Assembly: GCA_001687465.1 (NCBI GenBank)
Contig: LVLI01000208.1
Coordinates: 62,001-126,000, forward strand
Direction: 5' to 3'
Length of the DNA: 64,000 nt
From: Halocafeteria seosinensis
Lineage: Eukaryota
Positions 62,063-64,000 of this stretch are shown piece by piece (the first letter of the stretch is position 1; each line of letters begins with the position of its first letter). Under the pieces are notes generated by a model, which saw nothing but the letters and a program-made list of their open reading frames with translations, did no database searches and was not told the origin of the DNA. The position numbers were made by a program, and so were the translations under genes.

Positions 62063-62532
62063 GTTCGCCCGAGACCCACAGAACTATTCACTCAATAACT
62101 CTAATTCCGCGTCAGTTTGCTAGCAATACTCCTACTATGTTATATACTAAAATGCGCTCAAAAGTACCGATAAATAACTAAATAAAGGCACTTGTCCACT
62201 TGTATGTCTTCCTGCGACTGACCTGTTTACGCGCGCGAATTCGTCCACACACACCACACGAGCCTATACACGTCGATCCCTGCAGACTTTTCGTGACTTG
62301 CACGCGCATTACAGTTGGAATGGGACAACACAGGGTTGATGTCCGGTACTAGCTGTATGGACGTCGTGAGCATCCATACTCGGCGGCTTGACTCATATCT
62401 GCGCCTCAACGGACGTGTTCTGGGTCGCAAGACGATCGCAACACATGCATAAGCGAATTGTGCCAAATACTGGGGTTCAGGATAAGGCGATTGTTAATGG
62501 GTTGCTCCGAATAAAACAGATAACTATATGTT

Positions 62533-63996
62533 TTATTTTTTTGACTTCTTCTTGGACTTCTTGGCGGACTTCGGTCTTCGTATGACCCCGTTTTCCAGCC
62601 ATTCTTGAGATTTTTGTACCTCTTTTTCATGCTGACGAATTCTTTCTCGTCGCTTCTCCAAGTCTTTCTCGTGGCGCTCTTCAAATGTTCCCAACTTTTC
62701 CTGCAAAAGAATAACCTCACATGAATACCGACGGATGTTGCGATTGTGCTATGTTGAGCATGGACTTACAGCATATTTAGGTCCAACGTTCACCTGGGGC
62801 TTAAACGTATACACTGGGCTGTTTTCAAGCATCTTTTCCAGTGCTTCATTTTCCTTCTGCATAGTACGACGTTGTAGGTAAACAGTTTTCTCAGAGCAGT
62901 AGAACACTCGTATCACAAATGTATCCGTTACCTTAGATCGCTTCTCTTTGTCTTCCTCCATCCTATGGAAGAAGTCATCTCGCACCTCCTTCTGTACATG
63001 GGGAGCAATGAGACATCGAAAATGAAATAATACAACCTCATATGATATATGTGGATGCATAGAACCTACCCAGTTCGGCTGATTAAACTGTTTAGTAATT
63101 GTCTCCTTGGTAGTAGGGTCAATCTTCTCTTTCCGGGGTCTGCGTCTAGGGTGAAGACTATAGCTACCGACAATTAAGCAAATCAAGACCACATACACTG
63201 GAATTACTACGCCTTCTTCCCTGCGCTTTCGCAGGTTTTCCTCTCTGTCTCGTTCAAACTTTTCTAATCGCTCAAAGAAGTCGTTTGCCACCTTTTCCTG
63301 AATAATTCACCGATCGAACAAACAAGGGAGATCGGGGTGACAATCACTTGTTCATACAGCACAGCGATAACCAACGTACCCATGTTTTGCCCTTCTTCTC
63401 TTTTGTTCCTCTGAACTTTTCCAATTGCCTAGCCTGCTGTTGCAAATTTATTAACCTTTGTTTCTCCTGGTTTTCCATGCGGTCCAAGAAGCTCTGATGT
63501 CCTTCTGATTGCTTTATCTTCTTGATGGCCTGTATAACCGTAAACAATGTCAATACCCTTGCGTTTTGTTCCTCAGGGGCACGCTTAGAGGAGAACGTAC
63601 CCGCTTAGAAGCTTTCGACATGATCGGTGCGAACAGGCAATTGGTTTTTTCACTTTCCATAGCGTACTTGTCTTTCGGTGGCTGACTTAATTCAGAAAGC
63701 CTGTTTAGTGCGTCCTGTTCGTTGAGGATACAAAATATATCGACTTAATGAAGATATTATCTGTCTCGGAGAACTTACATGATATTTCTGTTTCAGCGTC
63801 GTATTTTGCAGTATCTCTTCCACGGTTTTATCTTCATCGCCAGAGAGTGTGTCATCATTGTACTCAGAAATCTCACCACGTGCAATCCGTGCTGAGTTGA
63901 CAATCTTTTCAAATTCCGGCCCTGTGGCTCTCACTCTTACTGAGTTCGGCACGTCATCCCTCGAGGGTGGCTCAGGAATAATGCGGAAACTAGCAC
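62533..63996 (-). CDS. Multi-exon charged coiled-coil repeat protein of unknown function; 5' end outside the window
   Basis: Repeated F[LF].R[ML]E...+.R units (FLDRMENQEKQR, FFERLEKFERDR, FFHRMEEDKEKR) and YTFKPQV. Last exon from 62701 reads EKLGTFEERHEKD...KKSKK-TAA. Confidence 0.6.
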
Positions 63997-64000
63997 CTGC

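Noticed and set aside
62406..62720. ORF-track protein MRLFFCRKSWEH...
   Set aside because: Wrong frame; splice phase puts the last exon in the EKLGTFEERHEK frame ending at 62533.

Overview
Gene-dense eukaryotic nuclear DNA with short canonical GT-AG introns (mostly about 60-150 nt). Axonemal genes (DAW1, CFAP91), AP2-domain factors and a SOS1-type antiporter point to a flagellated protist, probably SAR/stramenopile-like (inference). About 23 protein genes can be modelled: DAW1, a lipase, ASNSD1, a SOS1-like Na+/H+ antiporter, U1-70K, two AP2 proteins, CCDC174-like, CFAP91, a GT7 glycosyltransferase, ASPM, a double-domain membrane cyclase, an ABCB transporter, mS26-like, RPL23A, a bacterial-type alpha/beta hydrolase, a sirtuin, a TPR-ankyrin protein, two tandem secreted F5/8-like paralogues, a PTGR-like reductase and two repeat proteins. 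I saw no mobile element, CRISPR, rRNA or tRNA. The most interesting signals are non-coding: a U1-SL2-like AUUGCAC hairpin inside a U1-70K intron, and three hand-folded structured RNA candidates (about 11.7 kb, 32.2 kb and 40.3-40.7 kb). Protein-level oddities are an inverted-order guanylyl-type cyclase, a sirtuin with no zinc cysteines and a circularly permuted F5/8-like domain. All assignments come from recognising motifs by eye; no searches or folding programs were run.
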